Both the position numbers and the translations under genes were made by a program. Of a stretch of DNA of 59,964 bases, positions 30,461 to 39,508 are shown piece by piece. The stretch is taken from positions 1 to 59,964 of the IMG/VR virus record IMGVR_UViG_3300031669_000026; one strand, given 5' to 3'. The DNA is from a virus (lineage: Duplodnaviria; Caudoviricetes). Positions within the stretch are counted from its first letter, which is position 1. Every line of letters begins with the position of its first letter. The notes beneath the pieces were generated by a model. It made no database searches. It was given only the letters and a program-made list of their open reading frames with translations, and was not told the DNA's origin.

Positions 30461-30967
30461 ATGAAAATGTTTTATGTAGTTGATAAATATAGAATATTGG
30501 CTGAATCTGAAATACCAGTTCAAATGAAAGATTATCCTGACTGTGAATTGATTGAAGGACCTCCAGGAGTATCCATGATAAATTTTGAAGTTTGTATGGA
30601 AAAGGGGATTAAGAAAATTAAAACTAAACAAATAACAAATGCTTTTGATATTGATGTATCAATTCCAGGAATGGAAAAAACTGATGGTGCGTATAAAATA
30701 AAAATTGGTGGAGAACCAATTGAAATAGAAATAAAAATAAGCGGTGTTCCTTATATTCCACCCCTTTTTAAATTTCCTGAAAATTTTGATCCTGATAAAA
30801 ATAATATAAACATAGACTGCACTAGAGGAAAATTAAGTACAAATGTTCTTGAAAAGTCTGGAATTATAGAATGGACTCCAGTTGATGAAACAGTAGAATG
30901 TTCTATTATTGTAACAGCATTAAACTTTCCTCCAATTCAGAAATTTATAACAATAAAATTGATTTAA
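30461..30967 (+). CDS. Putative fibre accessory/chaperone protein
   Basis: Last gene of the fibre cluster; beta-rich; AGGAGG RBS. Confidence 0.4.
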   Translation: MKMFYVVDKYRILAESEIPVQMKDYPDCELIEGPPGVSMINFEVCMEKGIKKIKTKQITNAFDIDVSIPGMEKTDGAYKIKIGGEPIEIEIKISGVPYIPPLFKFPENFDPDKNNINIDCTRGKLSTNVLEKSGIIEWTPVDETVECSIIVTALNFPPIQKFITIKLI

Positions 30968-30978
30968 TGAATAAAAAT

Positions 30979-30988
30979 GTGTATAATA
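30979..30988 (+). promoter_or_regulatory. GTGTATAATA putative promoter for the coiled-coil gene/ncRNA unit
   Basis: Same 10-mer as at 6936 and 48835, just upstream of the GGAGGTG RBS. Confidence 0.5.
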
Positions 30989-31005
30989 TACAGTAGGAGG
31001 TGATT

Positions 31006-31329
31006 ATGGCCAAGGGAAACCAGTTGGGGATTTGGAAAATAGAAAAGAAGACAATAAATGAATTATTAGTTTGTATGTCGATTGTTCGTAAAAGAATTAA
31101 TGATTTAAGCGAAATTCGGAAAGAAGTTAGTAAAAGAGAAAGAAGATTCTTTGGTAATGAAGAAACAGGTGTAGTAGAGCCACAATATGATGTAAAAGAA
31201 GTTGATAAAAAGATTACAGATTTGCAGAATTTTTTGTACGAAGCAGATTCGAAAATAAAACAATCAAATGCCAAAACTAAAATAGATATTGAAGCAGATG
31301 TGAAAGTGTTATTGGAACCAATTAAATAA
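31006..31329 (+). CDS. Small coiled-coil protein resembling the DIP1984/DUF6847-like family
   Basis: Pattern TINELL..RKRINDL..VEPQYDVKEVDKKI..L...IKQSNAKTKI (helix, linker, helix ending I..SN..T.I); RBS gives ATG 31006. Family call is from memory only. Confidence 0.55.
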   Translation: MAKGNQLGIWKIEKKTINELLVCMSIVRKRINDLSEIRKEVSKRERRFFGNEETGVVEPQYDVKEVDKKITDLQNFLYEADSKIKQSNAKTKIDIEADVKVLLEPIK

Positions 31330-31350
31330 AGGTTAAATTTGAGAAGTGCT

Positions 31351-31542
31351 TAGTTAATGCAGAATAGTTCATATTTTATGGATGAAAAAGCTGAAAACAG
31401 TCATATCTGACTGTTACTTTTGGACAGAGATCTCGCCTGTTGTGGATAAAATTTATATAATTTGTTATTTTTTGTTAATATCCTGAGAAAAAGGCGAAGA
31501 CATTGTTAATTGTTGATCTTTTCAGCCTTTCTGTATTAACTA
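31351..31542 (+). ncRNA. Putative structured ncRNA (~190 nt, six nested stems)
   Basis: 14-bp closing stem 31351-64/31529-42 with one GU; 8-bp 31390-97/31519-26; 8-bp hairpin 31396-415; TCGCCT/AGGCGA 31433-38/31492-97; GGATA/TATCC 31444-48/31479-83; hairpin 31368-82. Confidence 0.7.
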
Positions 31543-31577
31543 TTTTTATGCGCAAAAAATAATTTTAAAGAAAAGAC

Positions 31578-31605
31578 TTGACATTTTTTAAATTGGTGTT
31601 ATAAT
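31578..31605 (+). promoter_or_regulatory. Sigma70-type early promoter P1
   Basis: TTGACA-N16-TATAAT preceded by AAAAGAC. Confidence 0.8.
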
Positions 31606-31630
31606 GTTATTATTAAAAGGAGTTTTTTAA

Positions 31631-32071
31631 ATGGGCGGAATAAAACTAGGCATGCCAGTAGGCATGATGTCAATTATAAAAATTCGCAACATGGCGGAGG
31701 AAATGCGAAAGGAAGCAAAGGGAAAGGATTTAATAGATTTCGCATCTTCCAAATTTTTGCAAAAAGATTATTATGAAATTCATTTGGAAAAATTTGTGTC
31801 GAGACGAAAAGAAGGTGCATACGAGTTTGCTTGTTCGTATGAGTGGATGCCATCTGGAACAATTATGGAGCATTTTTCTGTAGGACATAAAGGACGAGTT
31901 CTATTGCCTAATGAAGCCCAATTGTTGGCGATTTTGTTAGGCATAAGAGATAATCGAAAAGCTATACAATCGAAGCGAGGAATTTGTCATTGGTTTCAGC
32001 CAGTGAATTTTAAAAAGAGAGATAAAATCCCTCAAATTGGTTTTACAGTTTTGGAAACTGTTGATAATTAA
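31631..32071 (+). CDS. Hypothetical protein
   Basis: AGGAG RBS, directly downstream of P1. Confidence 0.6.
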   Translation: MGGIKLGMPVGMMSIIKIRNMAEEMRKEAKGKDLIDFASSKFLQKDYYEIHLEKFVSRRKEGAYEFACSYEWMPSGTIMEHFSVGHKGRVLLPNEAQLLAILLGIRDNRKAIQSKRGICHWFQPVNFKKRDKIPQIGFTVLETVDN

Positions 32072-32161
32072 AAATGTAATAAAAAAGGGAGGTGAAAATA
32101 AAGTTTAGATGGCAAAGTAAGATGGCAAGAAAACCAAAACAATTTTAAGAGGAGAAAGATT

Positions 32162-33127
32162 ATGCTTAATGTAAAAATGCCAGGATTGACTACCGAGTTA
32201 GAAAAAGAAAAGGATTTTAAGATAATAACAATAACAAATGTTGAAGAGATTTTTGACAGAGGTTTTACAAAAGAAGGCATTGCGGCTATTGGCAATAGTT
32301 GTGGCATTCCAGCAGGATATTTGAAAAAGTTGTATAAATCAGATAAAGATTTGTTCAATGCTACTATAAAACATTGGATGGGAGTTGAGGATGTTTTGGC
32401 TAAAAGAAGTGTAGCCGTTAAAAATGAACAAGTAGCTGGTTTGTGCAAACAAGACAAAATTTTAATTCCTACTGGTAACATGCTTGAAAAAGTTTCAGAT
32501 ATCTTTGATATGAAGGGATGGGATGGTGATTTGGTGAAAGGAGCAATCCATCCTAATGATTCTTTTTTAAGTATTGTATTTAATGATATTCAGAAAAACG
32601 CGGCGGAGGGTGCAGAAAAAGGAGATTTGTTAAACGCTGGTTTTTCTATTGTTCATTCAATGCTTGGAGATTTTAAAGATAGAATAGCATCGTATGTTCA
32701 TCGTCTTGTTTGTACGAATGGAATGATAGTTGATGATGAGCAACACTCTTGGGATATAAGTGATGATACTTTTCCAGATACGGCAGAAGATTATATTTGT
32801 CAAGCCAAGGACATTGGAAAGGAACTCATGGATAGATTTATTTCTAAGAAACATATTCTAGTAACAAATCCAGTTTCTGCCATTACTTCAATGGCAAAAC
32901 AAATGGGGATTGGTTCAAAAGATGTTAATTTGCTTTTACAGGAAATTGGAAGGCAACCTCTTGAAAATATGTATGATGTGTCAAATCTTTTAACATTTTA
33001 TGCTTCACATCAATCAGACGATCCGTATGAAGTGAGAAAACTTCAAACTCGCATCGGGAATTTAATAAATGTAGATGTTTGTGATTGTTGCCATTCAGTA
33101 ATCAAAACCATTAACAAAAATATTTAA
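32162..33127 (+). CDS. DUF932/DUF945-like protein
   Basis: HRLVCTNGMI signature. Confidence 0.7.
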   Translation: MLNVKMPGLTTELEKEKDFKIITITNVEEIFDRGFTKEGIAAIGNSCGIPAGYLKKLYKSDKDLFNATIKHWMGVEDVLAKRSVAVKNEQVAGLCKQDKILIPTGNMLEKVSDIFDMKGWDGDLVKGAIHPNDSFLSIVFNDIQKNAAEGAEKGDLLNAGFSIVHSMLGDFKDRIASYVHRLVCTNGMIVDDEQHSWDISDDTFPDTAEDYICQAKDIGKELMDRFISKKHILVTNPVSAITSMAKQMGIGSKDVNLLLQEIGRQPLENMYDVSNLLTFYASHQSDDPYEVRKLQTRIGNLINVDVCDCCHSVIKTINKNI

Positions 33128-33136
33128 ATATTAACC

Positions 33137-33169
33137 AAAGTGTAGGGAGAGATTCTCCCTACACTTTTT
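33137..33169 (+). terminator. Rho-independent terminator
   Basis: Perfect 14-bp stem AAAGTGTAGGGAGA / TCTCCCTACACTTT with a 3-nt loop, ending in a T run. Confidence 0.85.
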
Positions 33170-33182
33170 GGGAGATTTTATT

Positions 33183-33353
33183 ATGGGAAGTGTATCTAAA
33201 AGGATTAAAAGAAATATGATAGAAAATAAATATGGAATAAGAACTTCTGTTAGTAAATTGAAAAAAATGAAAAAAGTAAGAGAAGAAAAAGCCAAAAAGA
33301 AGGAAGAAGAGATGGCTTTATGGGATAAAATAAAGAATATAGGAAAGGAATAA
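33183..33353 (+). CDS. Small basic hypothetical protein
   Basis: GGGAG RBS before ATG 33183. Confidence 0.45.
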   Translation: MGSVSKRIKRNMIENKYGIRTSVSKLKKMKKVREEKAKKKEEEMALWDKIKNIGKE

Positions 33354-33355
33354 AA

Positions 33356-33559
33356 ATGAGCTTAAATCTCAATCCAATTGTTTATGAAATTATAAAAATT
33401 AAATCAGCAATTGATATTAATGATTTTGATAAGGCGAGGGAAATTATTACCACTATTAAATCAAAACAAGAACTTGTTAAACATTCAGAATTTTTAGAAA
33501 GAGTTATTAAAAAATTAGATGAATTGATAGAGAAAAAGCAAATCAAAGAGGTTTTGTGA
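33356..33559 (+). CDS. Hypothetical protein
   Basis: AAGGA RBS; coupled to the upstream ORF. Confidence 0.5.
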   Translation: MSLNLNPIVYEIIKIKSAIDINDFDKAREIITTIKSKQELVKHSEFLERVIKKLDELIEKKQIKEVL

Positions 33560-33562
33560 GCA

Positions 33563-33587
33563 TAAGTGTTTAATTTTTATAGAGAAA
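33563..33587 (+). repeat. 25-nt promoter-upstream repeat, copy 1
   Basis: TAAGTGTTTAATTTTTATAGAGAAA, identical at 39506-39530. Confidence 0.85.
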
Positions 33588-33613
33588 CTATATAAAATTA
33601 TTTAAAAAAAGAC

Positions 33614-33642
33614 TGGACTTCCTTTTAATCTTATGGTATAAT
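33614..33642 (+). promoter_or_regulatory. Sigma70-type early promoter P2
   Basis: TGGACT-N17-TATAAT with AAAGAC upstream and an extended TG. Confidence 0.7.
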
Positions 33643-33665
33643 GTAGAGATAATGTAAGGAGAATA

Positions 33666-34049
33666 ATGAAGGATATTAAGGATATTACTAAATGGGGAAA
33701 AGACCACTGGAGTCTTCTTGTTTATGTGGAGACATGTTGTGTTGACACAATTGGAAGGTTAGATAGAATAAGATTGAGTTGTAATGAAGAGAGACATCCA
33801 TTATTAAAAGGTGAGATGAATCCAAAATGGGATCCCAAATATTGTACGAGAATGAAAGAAGGAGTTATTGATGGGCATGATGATTGGGACTGCCTTGAGG
33901 AGTTGGAGGAAGTTGGATTTATTGAAATAATGAGTATGATAAACGGGTATGTTAAAATTACAATACAAGGTAAAAAGATAGCTGCACAATTAAGAAGCCA
34001 TAAAGCAGACGGCGGAAATTTTGCAAATTTTGTTCCTATCAAAAATTGA
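33666..34049 (+). CDS. Hypothetical phage protein
   Basis: WGKDHWSLL.Y.E..HDDWDCL motifs; AAGGAG RBS. Confidence 0.6.
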   Translation: MKDIKDITKWGKDHWSLLVYVETCCVDTIGRLDRIRLSCNEERHPLLKGEMNPKWDPKYCTRMKEGVIDGHDDWDCLEELEEVGFIEIMSMINGYVKITIQGKKIAAQLRSHKADGGNFANFVPIKN

Positions 34050-34063
34050 TGGAGGGAAAAATA

Positions 34064-34579
34064 ATGAAGAAGTTTATTATTTTGTTTTGTTTATTGATAA
34101 TGCCTTCTTTTCTTGCATCTCCTGGATTGACGAATGATATTGAAAAGGATATTAATAATTTTATTAAGAAAGAAAGAAAAGAATTAATTAAATATGTTTG
34201 TGGAGATTATAAAGAAGAGATAGTTTCAGCCATTATCAAGCATGTTCCTCGGGAAGAATGTTTGCATGGAGAAATTAATCTGAGAAAATTATTAATAATT
34301 ATGGCAAATAAGGAGAGTTCTGGAAATCCAAAAGCGATTAGTAAAAAAGGCGCTGTAGGTGTTTGGCAGATAATGCCGAATGAAGCAGAAAATTATGGTT
34401 ACGCAGCTTCTGATATGCTTTTAATAGAAAAGAATTTAATTGTTGCTAAAAAAGTTCTTTATCGAAAGGCTCGTTTGGTTAAAAATCCTTGGAATGCTGT
34501 GAAATATTATAATGGCAGTGGATCATGTGCGCATAATTACAAGATTAGTATTAAAAAGGCTTACTATAAAATTATTTAA
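34064..34579 (+). CDS. SLT-family lytic transglycosylase with N-terminal signal/anchor
   Basis: KESSGNPKAIS.KGAVGVWQIMP..YNG motifs; MKKFIILFCLLI N-terminus. Confidence 0.85.
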   Translation: MKKFIILFCLLIMPSFLASPGLTNDIEKDINNFIKKERKELIKYVCGDYKEEIVSAIIKHVPREECLHGEINLRKLLIIMANKESSGNPKAISKKGAVGVWQIMPNEAENYGYAASDMLLIEKNLIVAKKVLYRKARLVKNPWNAVKYYNGSGSCAHNYKISIKKAYYKII

Positions 34580-34590
34580 ACGAAAAAGAT

Positions 34591-34857
34591 ATGAGCAAAA
34601 TACATATTTTAAAAACTTGGCCTGAAAGTTATCAATCAATTAAAAAAGGTTTTAAAACATTCGAAGTCAGAAAAAACGATCGTGACTTTAAACTTAATGA
34701 TGTTCTTGTATTACAAGAATATGATCCTAATATGGAATTATATACAGGGGAAATGGGTTCATTTACTATTACTTATATTTTACAAGGAGAGTTTGGATTG
34801 CCAAAGGATATAAGTGTGATGTCAATAGTACCTGAAGAAAATTCACTTGTATTTTAG
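34591..34857 (+). CDS. DUF3850/ASCH (PUA-like) protein
   Basis: HILKTWP..G.KTFEVRKNDRDF..D.LVLQEY. Confidence 0.85.
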   Translation: MSKIHILKTWPESYQSIKKGFKTFEVRKNDRDFKLNDVLVLQEYDPNMELYTGEMGSFTITYILQGEFGLPKDISVMSIVPEENSLVF

Positions 34858-35104
34858 GAGATTAAATTATTTAAAAAGGAGAATAAAGATGTGGAGAATA
34901 GATAAGGATGAATCTCATCTATCCGATGCAGAGATTATTGCATGGGAATATGTACTTCCATTTAAATATATTTTAATACTTGAAGGAGATAGGAACAAAG
35001 CTGAAAAATTAAGTGAATTTTTGTCAAAGACCTTTTCAAAACAAGTTCTGAAAAAAATAGCAATGCGGATAAAAAATACTGCAGAGGAGAATCTTATCTT
35101 ATGA
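34847..35104 (+). CDS. Hypothetical protein
   Basis: Fills the gap; internal AGGAG RBS suggests the start is at MWRID. Confidence 0.45.
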   Translation: MYFRRLNYLKRRIKMWRIDKDESHLSDAEIIAWEYVLPFKYILILEGDRNKAEKLSEFLSKTFSKQVLKKIAMRIKNTAEENLIL

Positions 35105-35619
35105 TAGTAGCAGGTTTTGATTTAAGTTTAACAGAAACTGGTTATGTTTTCTTAAAAGTTGGACAAACTTCTCTTTCTTCAATTATAAAAAAGCAAGGAG
35201 TAATTAAAACGTCTTTGAAAGCAGAGGCTCGTTTGGATTTTATATTGAAAACCATAACCAAATTGGTAGAAGAAATGCAACCTTTATTAATTTGTATAGA
35301 GAATTACTCTTTTGGTTCAAAATTTAATTTGCCTCAAGCAGGAGAATTGGCGGGAATAATAAAACATTTTTTATGGAAAAATGATTATAATTTTAAATTG
35401 GTAACACCGCATGAGTTGAAAAAATTTGTTTGTGGGAAGGGAGGAGTTAAAAAGGAAGTAATTTTATTACATACATACAAAAGGTATAACGAAACTTTTG
35501 AGAATAACAATATATGTGATGCTTTTGTTTTATCAAAAATTGCAGAAGCTATAATTAATCAAGAAATAAACCTAACTGATTTTCAAGAAATTATAATAAA
35601 AAATTTAAATAAAAAATAA
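35101..35619 (+). CDS. ruvC: RuvC-like Holliday junction resolvase
   Basis: GFDLSLTETG, IENY, LKKFVCGKG..KKE, NNICDAF. Confidence 0.85.
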   Translation: MIVAGFDLSLTETGYVFLKVGQTSLSSIIKKQGVIKTSLKAEARLDFILKTITKLVEEMQPLLICIENYSFGSKFNLPQAGELAGIIKHFLWKNDYNFKLVTPHELKKFVCGKGGVKKEVILLHTYKRYNETFENNNICDAFVLSKIAEAIINQEINLTDFQEIIIKNLNKK

Positions 35620-36572
35620 TGATTGATTTTACAAAATCTTTAAAGAAAGGAATTTTACCATTTTATTATCTATATGGTGATGAATTCTACTATATTGATA
35701 AAGCGGTAGAATTGCTCAAGAAAAAAATAATAAATAACGAACAAAATCTTATTGTTTTTCAAGGAAATGTATCTCCGAACGAGATTGTTACCTCCGCAAG
35801 AATTATTTCTGTTTTTGGGGATAACAAATTAATAATAGTTAAAAATTTTAAAAAAATGGATTGGCAAGTCTTTATTCACTATTTTGAAAATCCAGTTGTA
35901 AATTCTACTCTAGTTTTTATATCTTCCAAATATGAATTGTCTGCAAAAATAAAGAAAATTTTCGAGAAGAAGGGAAAGGCGAAAAATTTTAAAAAAATTC
36001 CAGAATATAAATTAGATAAAATAATAATACAGCTTTTCAAAACACATGGAAAGTTAATTGGTGAACGAGAAGCAAAATTAATAATTTCTTATTTGGGCAG
36101 CGACTTGCTAACTATTAACAATGAAGCTAAAAAGTTGGTAATGTATTCTGGTAAAAAAGATTACATAGGAGTACAAGATATTAAAACAGTTTTAGAAAAA
36201 TCAAGAATGGGGACAATTTTTGAATTAATTAATTTTTTATTGGATGGAAATAAAACTCAAGCAATAAACTTGTTTAATGATTTGTTAGAAAATTCCGGAA
36301 GTGAATTTGTAATGGTTGTAATGTTTAAAAACTCTTTAAAAAAGATAATTAATTGTAAAAAATTAAAAGGATTGGGAATTAATGATAATGAGATTGGAAA
36401 GATGCTTGAAATTCATCCCTATTTCTTAAAAGAAACTTTGAAGAGGTCGGGAAATATGTCATGGAATAAAGCAAAAAAAATGTATGAATTATTAGCTTGG
36501 ACAGAGAATGCAATGAAATTTAAAAAAACTTCCAATAAAATTTTGGTGGAGAGATTGTTTTATGAAATTTGA
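35619..36572 (+). CDS. holA: DNA polymerase III delta subunit (clamp loader wrench)
   Basis: YYLYGDE.Y.ID, S.FGD.KLIIVK, G.DL..I.NE..KL..Y, IFELI, IHPYF motifs. Confidence 0.85.
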   Translation: MIDFTKSLKKGILPFYYLYGDEFYYIDKAVELLKKKIINNEQNLIVFQGNVSPNEIVTSARIISVFGDNKLIIVKNFKKMDWQVFIHYFENPVVNSTLVFISSKYELSAKIKKIFEKKGKAKNFKKIPEYKLDKIIIQLFKTHGKLIGEREAKLIISYLGSDLLTINNEAKKLVMYSGKKDYIGVQDIKTVLEKSRMGTIFELINFLLDGNKTQAINLFNDLLENSGSEFVMVVMFKNSLKKIINCKKLKGLGINDNEIGKMLEIHPYFLKETLKRSGNMSWNKAKKMYELLAWTENAMKFKKTSNKILVERLFYEI

Positions 36573-36584
36573 TAAAGGAGAAAT

Positions 36585-37505
36585 ATGGAAACTTTGATGT
36601 TAGTGGATGGCAATCATACAGCGGCACGGGCTTATTTTAAATATAATTTATCAACCAAAGGATATCCGACAGGAGTCATTTATGGTGTAATTAACATTTT
36701 AAAAGGTTTATGTAATGCATGGAAACCAGATGAGTTGATAGTATTATGGGATATTGGCAAATCAAGCTATCGATGTGATTTGTATGAAGGGTATAAGAAA
36801 AGACCTAGTCTTTTGGGAGATGATTTTCGTAGTCAATTGGAAATGCTCCAAAAAATATTGGATGATATGGGAATTGTTCAACTGGGGATACAGGCAGTTG
36901 AGGCAGATGATTTATTTGGAATAATTATAAACGATAAAAAAATAATGAATGATTATGAAAAAATAATAATAGTTTCATCCGATCACGACTTGTATCAATT
37001 GATTGAAGGAAGTAGGGTTATTCAATATGATCCTATAAAGCATAAGGTGTTTGATGAATTGGCTTTGGATAGAATAGAAGGTTTGAAACCTTTGCAAATT
37101 ATTGATTTTAAAGCACTGGCGGGAGATACTTCTGATAAAATTCCTGGTATTGCAGGTATAGGCAAAAAGACGGCAAAAACCCTTCTTAAAAAATACGGCT
37201 CGATGGATAATTTTGATTTTAACGAACTAAATAAGAAGAAATCTACAGAAAAAATTGTATCAAATTGGGAACTTGCTTTGTTATTTAAAAAGCTGACAAC
37301 AATTTTTACATCAACAGATATGTTGAATGATTTTCAGAAAATAGTGTACAATGATTGGTATAATTGGTACATAGATAAAAGAAATTTTAAGAGAGCCAAA
37401 AAAGAATTTTTAAAAGAATCTTTTAGAGTGCTTGATTTCAAATGGGCAGAGGATATTCCAAATTTCTTAAGAGAATTTGGGAAAGCAATTCATAGAGGAG
37501 ATTGA
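36585..37505 (+). CDS. 5'-3' exonuclease / flap endonuclease (PolI N-terminal-like)
   Basis: LVDGN, YKKR, EADD, SSDHDLYQL, ALAGDTSDKIPGIAGIGKKTA. Confidence 0.9.
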   Translation: METLMLVDGNHTAARAYFKYNLSTKGYPTGVIYGVINILKGLCNAWKPDELIVLWDIGKSSYRCDLYEGYKKRPSLLGDDFRSQLEMLQKILDDMGIVQLGIQAVEADDLFGIIINDKKIMNDYEKIIIVSSDHDLYQLIEGSRVIQYDPIKHKVFDELALDRIEGLKPLQIIDFKALAGDTSDKIPGIAGIGKKTAKTLLKKYGSMDNFDFNELNKKKSTEKIVSNWELALLFKKLTTIFTSTDMLNDFQKIVYNDWYNWYIDKRNFKRAKKEFLKESFRVLDFKWAEDIPNFLREFGKAIHRGD

Positions 37506-37518
37506 GTTTGTAAATTAA

Positions 37519-37785
37519 ATGAAAGGAGAAAGAATGAAAGTAAAAATCGGTGACAAAGTATATGATGGAAAAGAAGTTCCTATTATGTTATTATTAAACA
37601 AGGGGGAAAGAGAACAAATAGCTGAAATGCATCCCGCATGTACAAGATATTGTATGTATCCAGAAGATAAGTATACAGTAGAACAGATTAAAAAATGGAT
37701 GCATGATCCTCCAAAAGAAAAGTGGGAAATCTTATATGAAGAAAATGAAGGGAATTTTCGTAGGAAAGTTCTTAAAAGAAAATAA
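37519..37785 (+). CDS. Hypothetical protein
   Basis: AAGGAG RBS before MKVKIG. Confidence 0.5.
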   Translation: MKGERMKVKIGDKVYDGKEVPIMLLLNKGEREQIAEMHPACTRYCMYPEDKYTVEQIKKWMHDPPKEKWEILYEENEGNFRRKVLKRK

Positions 37786-37810
37786 ATTTGAAAAAAAACA
37801 AGGAGAAATA

Positions 37811-38191
37811 ATGGAAAATTTTGTTTCATTAATTTTAAAAGAATCAATTGATATTCATTGTTGTAATTCAAAATACGGCTCAAAATCCCTTCCGCATAAT
37901 CCTCCAAAAGAAAAATGGGAAATCTTATATGAAGAAAGAATGGAGTATTGGGACATAGAATTACATGTTTGTTCAGATAATAAGAATCTTATGCTTGAAA
38001 AATATGTTAAAAAAATTAGAAATATAATACACAACTGTTATTCATTGGATATTCATTGTATTATTAAACCCTTTTGCATGATAAATTTCTGTGAATATTT
38101 ATCCGATCAAATTTTAGATTTAGGTTTAAAATTAAAAAAAGTAATTATAACTCCTAGAAAGGATAACTATATATTTTTATGGGAAAAATAG
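37811..38191 (+). CDS. Hypothetical protein, possibly a degenerate QueD/T-fold-like protein
   Basis: AGGAG RBS before ATG 37811; H..PH..W.IE spacing is only weakly QueD-like. Confidence 0.3.
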   Translation: MENFVSLILKESIDIHCCNSKYGSKSLPHNPPKEKWEILYEERMEYWDIELHVCSDNKNLMLEKYVKKIRNIIHNCYSLDIHCIIKPFCMINFCEYLSDQILDLGLKLKKVIITPRKDNYIFLWEK

Positions 38192-38904
38192 TACATTCTG
38201 CTTTTTCATTATCTCAATACGAGACATGTCCATACCGATGGTATTTGATGTATAAAATCAAAATTTATCGGTATGATCCACCTTCCTCTGCGCAACTTTT
38301 GGGAAAATCTTTTCATAAAACTGTTAAAAGTTTTTTAAAAAGTAGTTATAGAAGTCAAAAATGGTTGTACCAACTTTGGAAGCAAAATAAAAAAGTAATA
38401 AACGATATACATTTTGAAATGATTGGTGATATAGCAATTGAATGTTGGTGGAAGTGGTATAAGGCTACAATTATTTTAGAATACATACCAAAGAAAATTG
38501 AAGAAGAATTTAATATTTTTATTATGGGGCATGATTTCAAAGGTTATATTGATAGTGTTTTTCAAAAGAAATATGAAACTGATAAGTATTTAATTTCCGA
38601 TTGGAAAACCGGATCATGGGAGATAAAAAACATAAATGATGTTGATACGATTTTAAAAAATTCTATGCAATTGTATATTTATGGTTGCATGGTATCTGAA
38701 TTATTGAAAATAGATATTTCACAAATAGATTTAGCTTTGTATTTTGTATCTTATGACATATATGCAGTTTGTAATATGTCTGAAAGTAATGCTGAAATGA
38801 AAATTCAGAAATGTTTAGAGGATATTTCCGAATCTAATTATCGAAAAATAAAAGGAGACGGTTGTCTCTATTGTCCATATAAGGATTCTTGTGATGACGA
38901 GTAA
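38179..38904 (+). CDS. PD-(D/E)XK nuclease, RecB/Cas4-like (PDDEXK_1)
   Basis: S.SQYETCPYRW, G..FH, KGYIDSV..DWKTG..QLYIY, C.YCPY...C. Confidence 0.85.
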   Translation: MGKIVHSAFSLSQYETCPYRWYLMYKIKIYRYDPPSSAQLLGKSFHKTVKSFLKSSYRSQKWLYQLWKQNKKVINDIHFEMIGDIAIECWWKWYKATIILEYIPKKIEEEFNIFIMGHDFKGYIDSVFQKKYETDKYLISDWKTGSWEIKNINDVDTILKNSMQLYIYGCMVSELLKIDISQIDLALYFVSYDIYAVCNMSESNAEMKIQKCLEDISESNYRKIKGDGCLYCPYKDSCDDE

Positions 38905-39343
38905 ACAAAAAGAATTAAAAGTTTTGGCGCAAGTAGGAAGATCTAAGAAAGGGTTTGGATGTTTAACAGTTCTTTCAGTTAAGTTAAATGGAGAAGTTAT
39001 TTCATGGAATAACGCCGAGGGAAGTTGGGCTACAAGTTTTGCGGAGAGAAATAGAAATTTATGGTTTGTAGCCGAATTGGATGTTGTTGATGGTGATGTA
39101 ATTGAATTACAATCGTTTGTAACTACTCCACAAGGTGTGCTGGAACGGCACACTTGGAAGCGTATTTATGTGGTTGATGAAAAAGAGAGCTTAATTAAAC
39201 CAAAGGATTATAAAGTAGGACATAGTAAGTTTCCTATAATTCAGGGGAATTTAAGAGAGATAATGAATGTTTCTAAACATGACGAAAGAATGGACGAAAT
39301 ACAGGGGTTATATGAAGATTTGGAAGATAATTTAACATTTTAA
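38891..39343 (+). CDS. Hypothetical protein
   Basis: Overlaps the upstream stop; typical coding composition. Confidence 0.55.
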   Translation: MMTSKQKELKVLAQVGRSKKGFGCLTVLSVKLNGEVISWNNAEGSWATSFAERNRNLWFVAELDVVDGDVIELQSFVTTPQGVLERHTWKRIYVVDEKESLIKPKDYKVGHSKFPIIQGNLREIMNVSKHDERMDEIQGLYEDLEDNLTF

Positions 39344-39355
39344 AAAGGAGATAAA

Positions 39356-39508
39356 ATGGACGATTTAAAAAATTGCATTGAAAATACAAAATGCTTGTTG
39401 AAAGAAATTGACCCTACTGGAGAACTTTCAGGAACAGAACTGATTGTAATTATGGAAAATCAAATTATTATTATGAAAGCCCTTTGTGTGTTGTTAAATA
39501 CAGGCTAA
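39356..39508 (+). CDS. Small hypothetical protein (50 aa, not in the ORF track)
   Basis: AAGGAG RBS; MDDLKNCIENTK...LNTG. Confidence 0.5.
   Translation: MDDLKNCIENTKCLLKEIDPTGELSGTELIVIMENQIIIMKALCVLLNTG

Noticed and set aside
31351-31542. tRNA, tmRNA or simple terminator explanation for the structured region
   Set aside because: No cloverleaf, T-loop or CCA end; long-range nested pairing over ~190 nt is unlike a terminator hairpin.
38179-38904. Cas4 as evidence of a CRISPR-Cas system
   Set aside because: Stand-alone PD-(D/E)XK exonucleases are common in phage recombination modules; no array or other cas genes.
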